Source: Escherichia coli (GTDB taxonomy: Bacteria; Pseudomonadota; Gammaproteobacteria; Enterobacterales; Enterobacteriaceae). From it: a DNA stretch of 64,000 bases. Shown in pieces: positions 27,639 to 41,439 of this stretch. The first letter of the stretch is position 1; every line of letters starts with the position of its first letter. The stretch lies in assembly GCF_003018255.1 (NCBI RefSeq), contig NZ_CP027440.1; one strand, 5' to 3'. The notes under the pieces are model-generated. The model was not told the DNA's origin. It ran no database searches and was given only the letters and a program-made list of their open reading frames with translations. The position numbers were made by a program, and so were the translations under genes.

Positions 27639-29486
27639 ATGCCAATTCAGGTCTTACCGCCACAACTGGCGAACCAGATTGCCGCAGGTGAGGTGGTCGA
27701 GCGACCTGCGTCGGTAGTCAAAGAACTGGTGGAAAACAGCCTCGATGCAGGTGCGACGCGTATCGATATTGATATCGAACGCGGTGGGGCGAAACTTATT
27801 CGCATTCGTGATAACGGCTGCGGTATCAAAAAAGACGAGCTGGCGCTGGCGCTGGCGCGTCATGCCACCAGTAAAATCGCCTCTCTGGACGATCTCGAAG
27901 CCATTATCAGTCTGGGCTTTCGCGGTGAGGCGCTGGCGAGTATCAGTTCGGTTTCCCGCCTGACGCTCACTTCACGCACCGCAGAACAGCAGGAAGCCTG
28001 GCAGGCCTATGCCGAAGGGCGCGATATGGACGTGACGGTAAAACCGGCGGCGCATCCTGTGGGGACTACACTGGAGGTGCTGGATCTGTTCTACAACACC
28101 CCGGCGCGGCGCAAATTCCTGCGCACCGAGAAAACCGAATTTAACCACATTGATGAGATCATCCGCCGCATTGCGCTGGCGCGTTTCGACGTCACGATCA
28201 ACCTGTCGCATAACGGGAAAATGGTCCGCCAGTACCGCGCCGTGCCGGAAGGTGGACAAAAAGAGCGCCGTTTAGGGGCGATTTGCGGCACCGCTTTTCT
28301 CGAACAAGCGCTGGCGATTGAATGGCAACACGGCGATCTCACGCTGCGCGGCTGGGTGGCAGATCCGAATCACACCACGCCCGCACTGGCGGAAATTCAG
28401 TATTGCTACGTGAATGGTCGCATGATGCGCGATCGCCTGATCAATCATGCGATCCGCCAGGCCTGCGAAGACAAACTGGGGGCCGATCAACAACCGGCGT
28501 TTGTGTTGTATCTGGAGATCGACCCGCATCAGGTGGACGTCAACGTACACCCCGCCAAACACGAAGTGCGTTTCCATCAGTCGCGTCTGGTGCATGATTT
28601 TATCTATCAGGGCGTACTGAGCGTGCTACAACAGCAACTGGAAACGCCGCTACCGCTGGACGATGAACCCCAACCTGCACCGCGTGCTATTCCGGAAAAC
28701 CGCGTGGCGGCGGGGCGCAATCATTTTGCTGAACCGGCAGTTCGTGAGCCAGTAGCTCCGCTTTACACTCCTGCGCCCGCCTCAGGCAGTCGTCCGGCTG
28801 CCCCCTGGCCGAATGCGCAGCCAGGTTACCAGAAACAGCAAGGTGAAGTGTATCGCCAGCTTTTGCAAACGCCCGCGCCGATGCAAAAACCAAAAGCGCC
28901 AGAACCGCAGGAACCTGCACTTGCGGCGAACAGTCAGAGTTTTGGTCGGGTACTGACTATCGTCCATTCCGACTGTGCGTTGCTTGAGCTCGACGGCAAC
29001 ATTTCACTTTTAGCCTTGCCAGTGGCAGAACGTTGGCTGCGTCAGGCACAATTGACGCCGGGTGAAGCGCCCGTTTGCGCCCAGCCGCTGCTGATTCCGC
29101 TGCGGCTAAAAGTTTCTGGCGAAGAAAAATCTGCATTAGAAAAAGCGCAGTCTGCCCTGGCGGAATTGGGTATTGATTTCCAGTCCGATGCGCAGCATGT
29201 GACCATCAGGGCCCTGCCTTTACCCTTACGCCAACAAAATTTACAAATCTTGATTCCTGAACTGATAGGCTACCTGGCGAAGCAGTCCGTATTCGAACCT
29301 GGCAATATTGCGCAGTGGATTGCACGAAATCTGATGAGCGAACATGCGCAGTGGTCAATGGCGCAGGCCATAACCCTGCTGGCGGACGTGGAACGGTTAT
29401 GTCCGCAACTTGTGAAAACGCCGCCGGGTGGTCTGTTACAATCTGTTGATTTACATCCGGCGATAAAAGCCCTGAAAGATGAGTGA
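27639..29486 (+). CDS. mutL: DNA mismatch repair protein MutL
   Basis: ORF track frame; start at ATG 27639 ([23 protein letters not shown]), 615 aa. Confidence 0.96.
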
Positions 29487-30429
29487 TATCAGTAAGGCGA
29501 GCCTGCCTAAGGCGATTTTTTTGATGGGGCCGACGGCCTCCGGTAAAACGGCGTTAGCCATTGAGCTGCGTAAAATTTTACCAGTAGAGTTGATAAGCGT
29601 TGATTCTGCCCTTATTTACAAAGGGATGGATATCGGGACGGCGAAGCCGAACGCTGAAGAGTTACTCGCCGCGCCGCACCGATTGCTGGATATTCGCGAT
29701 CCGTCGCAGGCTTACTCGGCTGCTGATTTTCGCCGCGATGCGCTGGCGGAAATGGCCGATATCACCGCGGCGGGGCGGATCCCACTGTTAGTGGGCGGTA
29801 CGATGTTGTATTTCAAGGCATTGCTGGAAGGGTTGTCGCCGCTACCGTCGGCAGACCCGGAAGTGCGGGCCAGAATTGAGCAACAGGCGGCAGAGCAAGG
29901 TTGGGAGTCATTGCATCGTCAACTTCAGGAGGTAGATCCGGTTGCGGCAGCAAGGATTCATCCAAATGATCCACAAAGGCTTTCCCGGGCACTGGAAGTT
30001 TTTTTCATTTCGGGTAAAACTTTAACGGAACTGACGCAAACGTCAGGAGACGCTCTACCGTATCAGGTGCATCAGTTCGCCATCGCCCCGGCGAGCCGTG
30101 AACTGCTCCATCAACGAATTGAGCAGCGTTTTCATCAGATGTTGGCTTCAGGTTTTGAAGCAGAAGTCCGGGCGCTTTTTGCCCGAGGAGATTTGCATAC
30201 GGATTTGCCTTCCATTCGTTGCGTGGGTTATCGCCAGATGTGGTCTTACCTTGAAGGCGAAATCTCATACGATGAAATGGTTTATCGAGGTGTTTGCGCC
30301 ACGAGACAGTTGGCGAAGCGGCAGATAACCTGGCTGCGTGGTTGGGAAGGGGTTCACTGGCTTGACAGTGAAAAACCAGAACAAGCGCGTGACGAAGTAT
30401 TACAGGTTGTTGGTGCTATCGCAGGCTGA
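29479..30429 (+). CDS. miaA: tRNA dimethylallyltransferase MiaA
   Basis: ORF track 316 aa; P-loop GPTASGKT; overlaps mutL stop. Confidence 0.96.
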
Positions 30430-30502
30430 ATGTGTACAATTGAGACGTATCGTGCGCAATTTTTTCAGAATCGAAAGGTTCAAAGTACAAATAAGCATAT
30501 AA

Positions 30503-30843
<341 letters not shown>

Positions 30844-30899
30844 ACACGGGGAGCCAGCGATCCTGCGTTCCCCGCTGATCTATTTAGAGGGTTATACGC

Positions 30900-32180
30900 T
30901 TGTTTGACCGTTATGATGCTGGTGAGCAGGCGGTACTGGTACACATCTATTTTACGCAAGACAAAGATATGGAAGACCTCCAGGAGTTTGAATCTCTGGT
31001 CTCTTCCGCCGGTGTCGAAGCATTGCAGGTGATTACCGGTAGCCGTAAAGCGCCGCACCCAAAGTATTTTGTAGGTGAAGGTAAAGCAGTTGAAATTGCG
31101 GAAGCTGTCAAAGCGACGGGTGCTTCGGTCGTTCTTTTTGACCATGCCCTGAGCCCGGCGCAAGAGCGTAACCTGGAGCGTTTGTGCGAGTGTCGTGTTA
31201 TCGACCGCACCGGCCTTATTTTAGATATTTTCGCCCAACGTGCGCGTACCCATGAGGGTAAGTTGCAGGTTGAGCTGGCGCAGCTGCGCCATCTGGCTAC
31301 GCGCCTGGTGCGTGGCTGGACCCACCTTGAAAGACAGAAAGGCGGGATAGGTTTGCGTGGTCCGGGTGAAACCCAGCTCGAAACCGACCGTCGTTTGTTG
31401 CGTAATCGCATCGTGCAGATACAGTCGCGCCTGGAAAGAGTTGAAAAGCAGCGTGAGCAGGGGCGGCAATCGCGTATCAAAGCCGACGTTCCTACTGTTT
31501 CGCTGGTGGGATATACCAACGCCGGTAAATCTACCCTTTTCAATCGCATCACCGAAGCGCGGGTCTACGCGGCAGACCAGTTGTTTGCCACCCTCGACCC
31601 GACGTTGCGGCGTATTGACGTCGCAGATGTCGGTGAAACCGTGTTGGCAGATACCGTAGGGTTTATTCGCCACCTGCCGCACGATCTGGTGGCGGCATTT
31701 AAAGCCACGTTACAAGAGACGCGGCAAGCCACATTGCTGCTGCACGTCATTGATGCGGCGGATGTGCGTGTACAAGAAAACATCGAAGCGGTGAATACGG
31801 TTCTTGAAGAGATCGACGCTCACGAGATCCCAACCCTGCTGGTGATGAACAAGATCGATATGCTGGAAGATTTCGAACCGCGTATTGATCGGGACGAAGA
31901 GAACAAACCGATCCGTGTCTGGCTTTCCGCACAGACCGGAGCGGGGATACCACAGCTTTTTCAGGCTTTGACGGAGCGGCTTTCCGGCGAGGTGGCGCAG
32001 CATACATTGCGTCTGCCACCGCAGGAAGGGCGTCTGAGAAGTCGTTTTTATCAGCTTCAGGCAATAGAAAAAGAGTGGATGGAGGAGGACGGCAGCGTAA
32101 GTCTGCAAGTTCGTATGCCGATCGTTGACTGGCGTCGCCTCTGTAAACAAGAACCGGCGTTGATCGATTACCTGATCTAA
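30900..32180 (+). CDS. hflX: Ribosome-associated GTPase HflX
   Basis: ORF track 426 aa with TTG start at 30900; G-domain motifs GYTNAGKST and DTVGF. Confidence 0.93.
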   Translation: MFDRYDAGEQAVLVHIYFTQDKDMEDLQEFESLVSSAGVEALQVITGSRKAPHPKYFVGEGKAVEIAEAVKATGASVVLFDHALSPAQERNLERLCECRVIDRTGLILDIFAQRARTHEGKLQVELAQLRHLATRLVRGWTHLERQKGGIGLRGPGETQLETDRRLLRNRIVQIQSRLERVEKQREQGRQSRIKADVPTVSLVGYTNAGKSTLFNRITEARVYAADQLFATLDPTLRRIDVADVGETVLADTVGFIRHLPHDLVAAFKATLQETRQATLLLHVIDAADVRVQENIEAVNTVLEEIDAHEIPTLLVMNKIDMLEDFEPRIDRDEENKPIRVWLSAQTGAGIPQLFQALTERLSGEVAQHTLRLPPQEGRLRSRFYQLQAIEKEWMEEDGSVSLQVRMPIVDWRRLCKQEPALIDYLI

Positions 32181-32265
32181 CGGCGTAGCGTCTGAAGCGT
32201 GGAGTCATATCCTCTGGCGTCGAAAGACAACAGGGATCACCGCATAACAAATATGGAGCACAAAC

Positions 32266-33525
32266 ATGGCGTGGAATCAGCCCGGTAATAACGGACAAGA
32301 CCGCGACCCGTGGGGAAGCAGCAAACCTGGCGGCAACTCTGAGGGAAATGGAAACAAAGGCGGTCGCGATCAAGGGCCACCTGATTTAGATGATATCTTC
32401 CGCAAACTGAGCAAAAAGCTCGGTGGTCTGGGCGGCGGTAAAGGCACCGGATCTGGCGGTGGCAGTTCATCGCAAGGCCCGCGCCCGCAGCTTGGCGGTC
32501 GTGTCGTTACCATCGCAGCGGCAGCGATTGTCATTATCTGGGCGGCCAGTGGTTTCTATACTATTAAAGAAGCCGAACGTGGCGTGGTAACACGCTTTGG
32601 TAAATTCAGCCATCTGGTTGAGCCGGGTCTGAACTGGAAACCGACGTTTATCGACGAAGTCAAACCGGTGAACGTGGAAGCCGTGCGTGAACTGGCCGCT
32701 TCTGGTGTGATGCTGACGTCGGACGAGAACGTAGTGCGCGTTGAGATGAACGTGCAGTACCGCGTCACCGATCCGGAAAAATATCTGTATAGCGTGACCA
32801 GCCCGGATGACAGCCTGCGTCAGGCTACCGACAGCGCCCTGCGTGGGGTTATCGGTAAATACACCATGGACCGCATTCTGACGGAAGGTCGTACCGTGAT
32901 TCGTAGCGATACTCAGCGCGAACTGGAAGAGACGATTCGTCCGTATGACATGGGTATCACGCTGCTGGACGTCAACTTCCAGGCAGCTCGTCCGCCGGAA
33001 GAAGTAAAAGCGGCGTTTGACGATGCGATTGCCGCGCGTGAAAACGAACAGCAATACATTCGTGAAGCAGAAGCGTATACCAACGAAGTTCAGCCGCGTG
33101 CGAACGGTCAGGCGCAACGTATCCTCGAAGAGGCGCGTGCGTACAAGGCCCAGACCATCCTGGAAGCTCAGGGTGAAGTGGCGCGCTTTGCTAAACTTCT
33201 GCCGGAATATAAAGCCGCGCCGGAAATTACTCGCGAGCGTCTGTATATCGAGACGATGGAAAAAGTGTTGGGCAACACCCGCAAAGTGCTGGTTAACGAT
33301 AAAGGTGGCAACTTGATGGTTCTGCCGTTAGACCAGATGCTGAAAGGTGGTAACGCCCCTGCGGCGAAGAGCGATAACGGTGCCAGCAATCTGCTGCGTC
33401 TGCCGCCAGCCTCTTCCTCCACAACCAGTGGAGCAAGCAACACGTCGTCCACCAGTCAGGGCGATATTATGGACCAACGCCGCGCCAACGCGCAGCGTAA
33501 CGACTACCAGCGTCAGGGGGAATAA
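32266..33525 (+). CDS. hflK: FtsH modulator HflK (SPFH/band-7)
   Basis: ORF track 419 aa; recognised as HflK. Confidence 0.95.
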   Translation: MAWNQPGNNGQDRDPWGSSKPGGNSEGNGNKGGRDQGPPDLDDIFRKLSKKLGGLGGGKGTGSGGGSSSQGPRPQLGGRVVTIAAAAIVIIWAASGFYTIKEAERGVVTRFGKFSHLVEPGLNWKPTFIDEVKPVNVEAVRELAASGVMLTSDENVVRVEMNVQYRVTDPEKYLYSVTSPDDSLRQATDSALRGVIGKYTMDRILTEGRTVIRSDTQRELEETIRPYDMGITLLDVNFQAARPPEEVKAAFDDAIAARENEQQYIREAEAYTNEVQPRANGQAQRILEEARAYKAQTILEAQGEVARFAKLLPEYKAAPEITRERLYIETMEKVLGNTRKVLVNDKGGNLMVLPLDQMLKGGNAPAAKSDNGASNLLRLPPASSSTTSGASNTSSTSQGDIMDQRRANAQRNDYQRQGE

Positions 33526-33527
33526 CG

Positions 33528-34532
33528 ATGCGTAAGTCAGTTATCGCGATTATCATCATCGTGCTGGTAGTGCTTTACATGTCTGTCTTTGTCGTCAAAG
33601 AAGGTGAGCGCGGTATTACGCTGCGTTTTGGTAAGGTACTGCGTGACGATGACAACAAACCTCTGGTTTATGAGCCGGGTTTGCATTTCAAGATACCGTT
33701 CATTGAAACGGTGAAAATGCTCGACGCACGTATTCAGACCATGGACAACCAGGCCGACCGCTTTGTGACCAAAGAGAAGAAAGACCTGATCGTCGACTCT
33801 TACATCAAATGGCGCATCAGCGATTTCAGCCGTTACTACCTGGCAACGGGTGGTGGCGACATTTCGCAAGCGGAAGTGCTGTTGAAACGTAAGTTCTCTG
33901 ACCGTCTGCGTTCTGAAATTGGTCGTCTGGACGTGAAAGACATCGTCACCGATTCCCGTGGTCGTCTGACCCTCGAAGTACGTGACGCGCTGAACTCCGG
34001 TTCTGCGGGTACAGAAGATGAAGTTACTACCCCGGCGGCAGATAACGCCATTGCCGAAGCGGCAGAGCGCGTAACGGCTGAGACGAAGGGCAAAGTTCCG
34101 GTCATCAACCCGAACAGTATGGCGGCGCTGGGTATTGAAGTTGTCGATGTGCGAATTAAGCAGATCAACCTGCCGACCGAAGTGTCTGAAGCGATCTACA
34201 ACCGTATGCGCGCCGAGCGTGAAGCGGTAGCGCGTCGTCACCGTTCACAAGGTCAGGAAGAAGCGGAAAAACTGCGCGCGACTGCCGACTATGAAGTGAC
34301 CAGAACGTTGGCTGAAGCTGAGCGTCAGGGCCGCATCATGCGTGGTGAAGGCGATGCAGAAGCAGCCAAACTGTTTGCTGATGCATTCAGTAAAGATCCG
34401 GACTTCTACGCATTCATCCGTAGCCTGCGTGCTTATGAGAACAGCTTCTCTGGCAATCAGGACGTGATGGTCATGAGCCCGGATAGCGATTTCTTCCGCT
34501 ACATGAAGACGCCGACTTCCGCAACGCGTTAA
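33528..34532 (+). CDS. hflC: FtsH modulator HflC (SPFH/band-7)
   Basis: ORF track 334 aa; recognised as HflC. Confidence 0.95.
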   Translation: MRKSVIAIIIIVLVVLYMSVFVVKEGERGITLRFGKVLRDDDNKPLVYEPGLHFKIPFIETVKMLDARIQTMDNQADRFVTKEKKDLIVDSYIKWRISDFSRYYLATGGGDISQAEVLLKRKFSDRLRSEIGRLDVKDIVTDSRGRLTLEVRDALNSGSAGTEDEVTTPAADNAIAEAAERVTAETKGKVPVINPNSMAALGIEVVDVRIKQINLPTEVSEAIYNRMRAEREAVARRHRSQGQEEAEKLRATADYEVTRTLAEAERQGRIMRGEGDAEAAKLFADAFSKDPDFYAFIRSLRAYENSFSGNQDVMVMSPDSDFFRYMKTPTSATR

Positions 34533-34561
34533 TATAACGACTGCGGTACAGGTCAATAAAG

Positions 34562-34598
34562 CCACCGCATCCTCAGGGATGTCGGTGGTTTTATTTTT
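34562..34598 (+). terminator. Rho-independent terminator after hflC
   Basis: Hairpin ccaccgcatcc-tcag-ggatg(t)cggtgg followed by ttttattttt. Confidence 0.75.
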
Positions 34599-34613
34599 CT
34601 ATAAGGATAATGA

Positions 34614-34811
34614 ATGAATTCGACAATCTGGCTGGCGCTTGCCCTGGTTTTGGTACTGGAAGGTTTAGGGCCGATGCTTTACCCGAAGGCATGGAAGAAG
34701 ATGATCTCTGCGATGACCAATTTGCCCGATAATATTTTACGTCGTTTTGGCGGTGGACTTGTGGTTGCGGGCGTTGTGGTCTACTACATGTTGAGGAAAA
34801 CGATTGGCTGA
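34614..34811 (+). CDS. yjeT: Small membrane protein YjeT (DUF2065)
   Basis: ORF track 65 aa, two hydrophobic segments. Confidence 0.8.
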   Translation: MNSTIWLALALVLVLEGLGPMLYPKAWKKMISAMTNLPDNILRRFGGGLVVAGVVVYYMLRKTIG

Positions 34812-34911
34812 ACAAAAAATAGACTGATCGAGGTCATTTTTGAGTGCAAAAAGTGCTGTAACTCTGAAAAAGCGATGGTAGAATCCATTTTTAAGCAAAC
34901 GGTGATTTTGA

Positions 34912-36213
<1,302 letters not shown>

Positions 36214-36417
36214 TTCTGGTACGCCTGGCAGATATTTTGCCTGCCGGGCTAACAGTGTGATACATTGCTGTGTCGGTTAAGCCATTACGCTATCCGACAC
36301 AGTGTTAAATCCTCGCTTTTTTCCTTCCCCGAACTGAAATAAATTAGCGACACAGCTTGTGGCTGGTTTATCATCAATATAAATGTATTTTTCCCCGATT
36401 TCCCTTTTGAGGTTGAT

Positions 36418-36843
36418 GTGCAGTTAACGAGTTTCACTGATTACGGATTACGTGCGCTGATCTACATGGCGTCATTGCCAGAAGGGCGGATGACCAGTAT
36501 TTCTGAAGTGACTGACGTCTACGGCGTCTCCCGTAATCATATGGTCAAAATAATCAATCAACTTAGTCGTGCCGGCTACGTGACTGCTGTTCGTGGAAAA
36601 AATGGCGGCATTCGCTTGGGTAAACCGGCGAGTGCGATACGTATTGGTGATGTGGTGCGCGAGCTGGAGCCCTTATCGCTGGTGAATTGCAGCAGTGAGT
36701 TTTGCCACATTACACCTGCCTGTCGGTTGAAACAGGCACTTTCTAAGGCCGTGCAAAGTTTTCTTACGGAACTGGATAACTACACGCTTGCCGATTTGGT
36801 TGAAGAGAATCAACCGCTTTATAAATTATTGCTGGTGGAGTGA
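36418..36843 (+). CDS. nsrR: NO-sensing Rrf2-family repressor NsrR
   Basis: ORF track 141 aa with GTG start at 36418; Rrf2 HTH and three Cys. Confidence 0.93.
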
Positions 36844-36881
36844 CGAAAATCTTCATCAGAGATGACAACGGAGGAACCGAG

Positions 36882-39323
36882 ATGTCACAAGATCCTTTCC
36901 AGGAACGCGAAGCTGAAAAATACGCGAATCCCATCCCTAGTCGGGAATTTATCCTCGAACATTTAACCAAACGTGAAAAACCGGCCAGCCGTGATGAGCT
37001 GGCGGTAGAACTGCACATTGAAGGCGAAGAGCAGCTTGAAGGCCTGCGTCGCCGCCTGCGCGCGATGGAGCGCGATGGTCAACTGGTCTTCACTCGTCGT
37101 CAGTGCTATGCGCTGCCGGAACGCCTCGACCTGGTGAAAGGTACCGTTATTGGCCACCGTGATGGCTACGGCTTTCTGCGGGTTGAAGGGCGTAAAGATG
37201 ATTTGTATCTCTCCAGCGAGCAGATGAAAACCTGCATTCATGGCGATCAGGTGCTGGCTCAGCCGCTGGGCGCTGACCGTAAAGGTCGTCGTGAAGCGCG
37301 TATTGTCCGCGTACTGGTGCCAAAAACCAGCCAGATTGTTGGTCGCTACTTCACCGAAGCGGGCGTCGGCTTTGTGGTTCCTGACGACAGTCGTTTGAGC
37401 TTCGATATCTTAATCCCGCCCGATCAGATCATGGGCGCGCGGATGGGCTTTGTGGTGGTGGTTGAACTGACCCAACGCCCGACTCGCCGTACCAAAGCGG
37501 TGGGTAAAATCGTCGAAGTGCTGGGCGACAATATGGGCACCGGCATGGCGGTTGATATCGCTCTGCGTACCCATGAAATTCCGTATATCTGGCCGCAGGC
37601 TGTTGAGCAACAGGTTGCCGGGCTGAAAGAAGAAGTGCCGGAAGAAGCAAAAGCGGGCCGTGTCGATCTGCGCGATTTACCGCTGGTCACCATTGATGGC
37701 GAAGACGCCCGTGACTTTGACGATGCAGTTTACTGCGAGAAAAAACGCGGCGGCGGCTGGCGTTTGTGGGTCGCAATTGCCGACGTCAGTTACTATGTGC
37801 GTCCGCCAACACCGCTGGACAGAGAAGCGCGTAACCGTGGTACGTCGGTGTACTTCCCTTCGCAGGTTATCCCGATGCTGCCGGAAGTGCTCTCTAACGG
37901 CCTGTGCTCGCTCAACCCGCAGGTAGACCGCCTGTGTATGGTGTGTGAGATGACCATTTCGTCGAAAGGTCGCCTGACGGGCTACAAATTCTATGAAGCG
38001 GTGATGAGCTCTCACGCGCGTCTGACCTACACCAAAGTCTGGCATATACTGCAGGGCGATCAGGATCTGCGCGAGCAGTACGCCCCGCTGGTTAAGCACC
38101 TCGAAGAGCTGCATAACCTCTATAAAGTGCTGGATAAAGCCCGTGAAGAACGCGGCGGGATCTCGTTTGAGAGCGAAGAAGCGAAGTTCATTTTCAACGC
38201 TGAACGCCGTATTGAGCGTATCGAACAGACCCAGCGTAACGACGCACACAAGTTAATTGAAGAGTGCATGATTCTGGCGAATATCTCGGCGGCGCGTTTC
38301 GTTGAGAAGGCCAAAGAACCGGCACTGTTCCGTATTCACGACAAGCCGAGCACTGAAGCAATAACCTCTTTCCGTTCAGTGCTGGCGGAACTGGGGCTGG
38401 AATTGCCTGGCGGTAACAAGCCGGAACCGCGTGACTACGCGGAACTGCTGGAATCGGTTGCTGACCGTCCTGACGCAGAAATGCTGCAAACCATGCTGTT
38501 GCGCTCGATGAAACAAGCGATTTACGATCCGGAAAACCGTGGTCACTTCGGTCTGGCATTGCAGTCCTATGCGCACTTTACTTCGCCGATTCGTCGTTAT
38601 CCTGACCTGACGCTGCACCGCGCCATTAAGTATCTGTTGGCGAAAGAGCAGGGGCATCAGGGGAATACCACTGAAACCGGCGGCTACCATTATTCGATGG
38701 AAGAGATGCTGCAACTGGGTCAGCACTGTTCGATGGCGGAACGTCGTGCCGACGAAGCAACGCGCGATGTGGCTGACTGGCTGAAGTGTGACTTCATGCT
38801 CGACCAGGTAGGTAACGTCTTTAAAGGCGTAATTTCCAGCGTCACTGGTTTTGGCTTCTTTGTTCGCCTGGATGACTTGTTCATTGATGGTCTGGTCCAT
38901 GTCTCTTCGCTGGACAATGACTACTATCGCTTTGACCAGGTGGGGCAACGCCTGATGGGCGAATCCAGCGGCCAGACTTATCGCCTGGGCGATCGCGTGG
39001 AAGTTCGCGTCGAAGCGGTTAATATGGACGAGCGCAAAATCGACTTTAGCCTGATCTCCAGCGAACGCGCACCGCGCAACGTCGGTAAAACGGCGCGCGA
39101 GAAAGCGAAAAAAGGCGATGCAGGCAAAAAAGGCGGCAAGCGGCGTCAGGTCGGCAAAAAGGTCAACTTTGAGCCAGACAGCGCCTTCCGCGGCGAGAAA
39201 AAACCGAAGCCGAAAGCAGCGAAGAAAGACGCGAGAAAAGCGAAAAAGCCATCGGCGAAAACGCAGAAAATAGCCGCAGCGACCAAAGCGAAGCGTGCGG
39301 CGAAGAAAAAAGTGGCAGAGTGA
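36882..39323 (+). CDS. rnr: Ribonuclease R
   Basis: ORF track frame; start at ATG 36882 ([20 protein letters not shown]) with RBS ggagg, 813 aa; Lys-rich C-terminal tail. Confidence 0.96.
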   Translation: MSQDPFQEREAEKYANPIPSREFILEHLTKREKPASRDELAVELHIEGEEQLEGLRRRLRAMERDGQLVFTRRQCYALPERLDLVKGTVIGHRDGYGFLRVEGRKDDLYLSSEQMKTCIHGDQVLAQPLGADRKGRREARIVRVLVPKTSQIVGRYFTEAGVGFVVPDDSRLSFDILIPPDQIMGARMGFVVVVELTQRPTRRTKAVGKIVEVLGDNMGTGMAVDIALRTHEIPYIWPQAVEQQVAGLKEEVPEEAKAGRVDLRDLPLVTIDGEDARDFDDAVYCEKKRGGGWRLWVAIADVSYYVRPPTPLDREARNRGTSVYFPSQVIPMLPEVLSNGLCSLNPQVDRLCMVCEMTISSKGRLTGYKFYEAVMSSHARLTYTKVWHILQGDQDLREQYAPLVKHLEELHNLYKVLDKAREERGGISFESEEAKFIFNAERRIERIEQTQRNDAHKLIEECMILANISAARFVEKAKEPALFRIHDKPSTEAITSFRSVLAELGLELPGGNKPEPRDYAELLESVADRPDAEMLQTMLLRSMKQAIYDPENRGHFGLALQSYAHFTSPIRRYPDLTLHRAIKYLLAKEQGHQGNTTETGGYHYSMEEMLQLGQHCSMAERRADEATRDVADWLKCDFMLDQVGNVFKGVISSVTGFGFFVRLDDLFIDGLVHVSSLDNDYYRFDQVGQRLMGESSGQTYRLGDRVEVRVEAVNMDERKIDFSLISSERAPRNVGKTAREKAKKGDAGKKGGKRRQVGKKVNFEPDSAFRGEKKPKPKAAKKDARKAKKPSAKTQKIAAATKAKRAAKKKVAE

Positions 39324-39413
39324 TCATTACCCTCTTCAAACAGAAGAGGGTGAATTATCCGTAGGCCGGGCAAGCGTGGCGCTCCCGGCAAAACGTAAAT
39401 AACGAGTACATTA

Positions 39414-40145
39414 ATGAGCGAAATGATTTACGGCATCCATGCAGTGCAGGCCCTGCTGGAGCGCGCCCCTGAACGTTTTCAGGAAGTCTTTATTTTAAAA
39501 GGCCGTGAAGATAAACGTCTGTTACCGCTGATTCACGCCCTTGAGTCTCAGGGCGTGGTTATCCAGTTGGCAAACCGCCAATATCTCGACGAGAAAAGCG
39601 ACGGTGCCGTGCATCAGGGCATTATCGCTCGTGTGAAGCCAGGACGGCAGTATCAGGAAAACGATCTGCCGGATCTGATCGCTTCGCTCGATCAACCGTT
39701 CCTGCTGATCCTCGACGGCGTAACCGATCCGCACAACCTCGGCGCGTGCCTGCGTAGCGCGGACGCCGCTGGTGTTCATGCGGTGATTGTGCCGAAAGAT
39801 CGCTCCGCACAGCTCAACGCCACGGCGAAAAAAGTGGCCTGTGGTGCGGCAGAAAGCGTTCCGCTGATTCGGGTGACTAATCTGGCGCGCACCATGCGTA
39901 TGTTGCAGGAAGAGAATATCTGGATCGTCGGTACGGCAGGCGAGGCGGATCATACACTCTATCAGAGCAAAATGACCGGACGCCTGGCGCTGGTGATGGG
40001 CGCGGAAGGTGAAGGTATGCGTCGCCTGACCCGTGAACATTGCGATGAGTTGATCAGCATCCCAATGGCAGGAAGTGTTTCTTCCCTGAACGTTTCGGTT
40101 GCAACCGGAATTTGCTTATTTGAAGCGGTTCGTCAGCGCAGCTAG
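39414..40145 (+). CDS. rlmB: 23S rRNA (Gm2251) 2-prime-O-methyltransferase RlmB
   Basis: ORF track 243 aa; SpoU/TrmH family, recognised as RlmB. Confidence 0.95.
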
Positions 40146-40160
40146 TTCCTCTGAATTATG

Positions 40161-40192
40161 AAAAGCCATCCAGATTTGGATGGTTTTTTTTT
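40161..40192 (+). terminator. Rho-independent terminator after rlmB
   Basis: Hairpin ccatcca-gatt-tggatgg followed by 9-nt T-tract. Confidence 0.8.
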
Positions 40193-40271
40193 GTCTATAG
40201 CTGGTAAGATAATTACGTACTGCAAATATTCATTTTATTAATATTTAAACTTAATTTATATGGAATAATAT

Positions 40272-40673
40272 ATGACATGGAATCCGTTGGCGCTGGCGAC
40301 GGCGCTGCAAACTGTACCTGAACAAAATATTGATGTAACAAATAGCGAGAACGCATTAATTATTAAAATGAATGATTATGGCGATTTGCAAATCAATATT
40401 CTATTTACTTCCCGCCAAATGATTATCGAAACCTTTATTTGTCCGGTAAGTAGTATCAGCAATCCAGATGAATTTAATACCTTCTTATTAAGAAATCAGA
40501 AGATGATGCCGTTGTCATCGGTAGGGATCTCCAGCGTGCAACATGAAGAGTATTACATTGTTTTCGGTGCGTTATCGCTTAAATCTTCTCTTGAAGATAT
40601 CCTGCTTGAGATAACCTCGCTGGTAGATAACGCATTGGATCTGGCTGAAATTACAGAAGAATATTCACACTAA
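40272..40673 (+). CDS. yjfI: Uncharacterised protein YjfI (DUF2170)
   Basis: ORF track 133 aa. Confidence 0.85.
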   Translation: MTWNPLALATALQTVPEQNIDVTNSENALIIKMNDYGDLQINILFTSRQMIIETFICPVSSISNPDEFNTFLLRNQKMMPLSSVGISSVQHEEYYIVFGALSLKSSLEDILLEITSLVDNALDLAEITEEYSH

Positions 40674-40691
40674 TTACAAGGACGGGTATTT

Positions 40692-41390
40692 ATGGGAATT
40701 TTAAAAAGTTTATTTACGCTGGGGAAATCGTTTATCTCCCAGGCGGAAGAATCCATTGAAGAAACCCAGGGCGTGCGCATGCTGGAACAGCATATTCGTG
40801 ACGCTAAAGCTGAACTCGATAAAGCCGGAAAATCTCGCGTTGATCTGCTGGCGCGGGTGAAATTAAGTCACGATAAGCTGAAAGATTTACGTGAGCGCAA
40901 AGCCAGTCTGGAAGCTCGTGCGCTGGAAGCGTTAAGCAAGAACGTTAATCCGTCGTTGATTAACGAAGTTGCTGAAGAAATCGCGCGCCTTGAGAATCTC
41001 ATTACCGCTGAAGAGCAAGTGTTGTCGAATCTGGAAGTCTCTCGTGATGGCGTGGAAAAAGCAGTTACAGCGACAGCGCAGCGTATCGCTCAGTTTGAGC
41101 AGCAAATGGAAGTCGTTAAAGCTACTGAAGCCATGCAGCGTGCACAACAGGCTGTAACGACCTCTACTGTTGGCGCATCTTCCAGCGTTTCGACAGCGGC
41201 AGAATCCTTAAAACGCCTGCAAACGCGTCAGGCCGAACGTCAGGCTCGCCTGGATGCTGCCGCACAGTTGGAAAAAGTCGCAGACGGTCGCGATCTTGAT
41301 GAAAAGCTGGCGGAAGCCGGAATTGGCGGTAGCAATAAAAGTAGCGCCCAGGATGTATTAGCAAGACTGCAACGCCAACAGGGCGAGTAA
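40692..41390 (+). CDS. yjfJ: PspA/IM30-family protein YjfJ
   Basis: ORF track 232 aa; coiled-coil rich; recognised as YjfJ. Confidence 0.88.
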   Translation: MGILKSLFTLGKSFISQAEESIEETQGVRMLEQHIRDAKAELDKAGKSRVDLLARVKLSHDKLKDLRERKASLEARALEALSKNVNPSLINEVAEEIARLENLITAEEQVLSNLEVSRDGVEKAVTATAQRIAQFEQQMEVVKATEAMQRAQQAVTTSTVGASSSVSTAAESLKRLQTRQAERQARLDAAAQLEKVADGRDLDEKLAEAGIGGSNKSSAQDVLARLQRQQGE

Positions 41391-41439
41391 TTTTTTGCCA
41401 GCCTCACTGCAAGGCTGGCAACTATTTTAAGGATAAAAT

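Noticed and set aside
30947-34241. Several 200 to 234-aa minus-strand ORFs antisense to hflX, hflK and hflC
   Set aside because: All are contained within confidently identified plus-strand genes; typical long antisense frames in GC-rich coding DNA.
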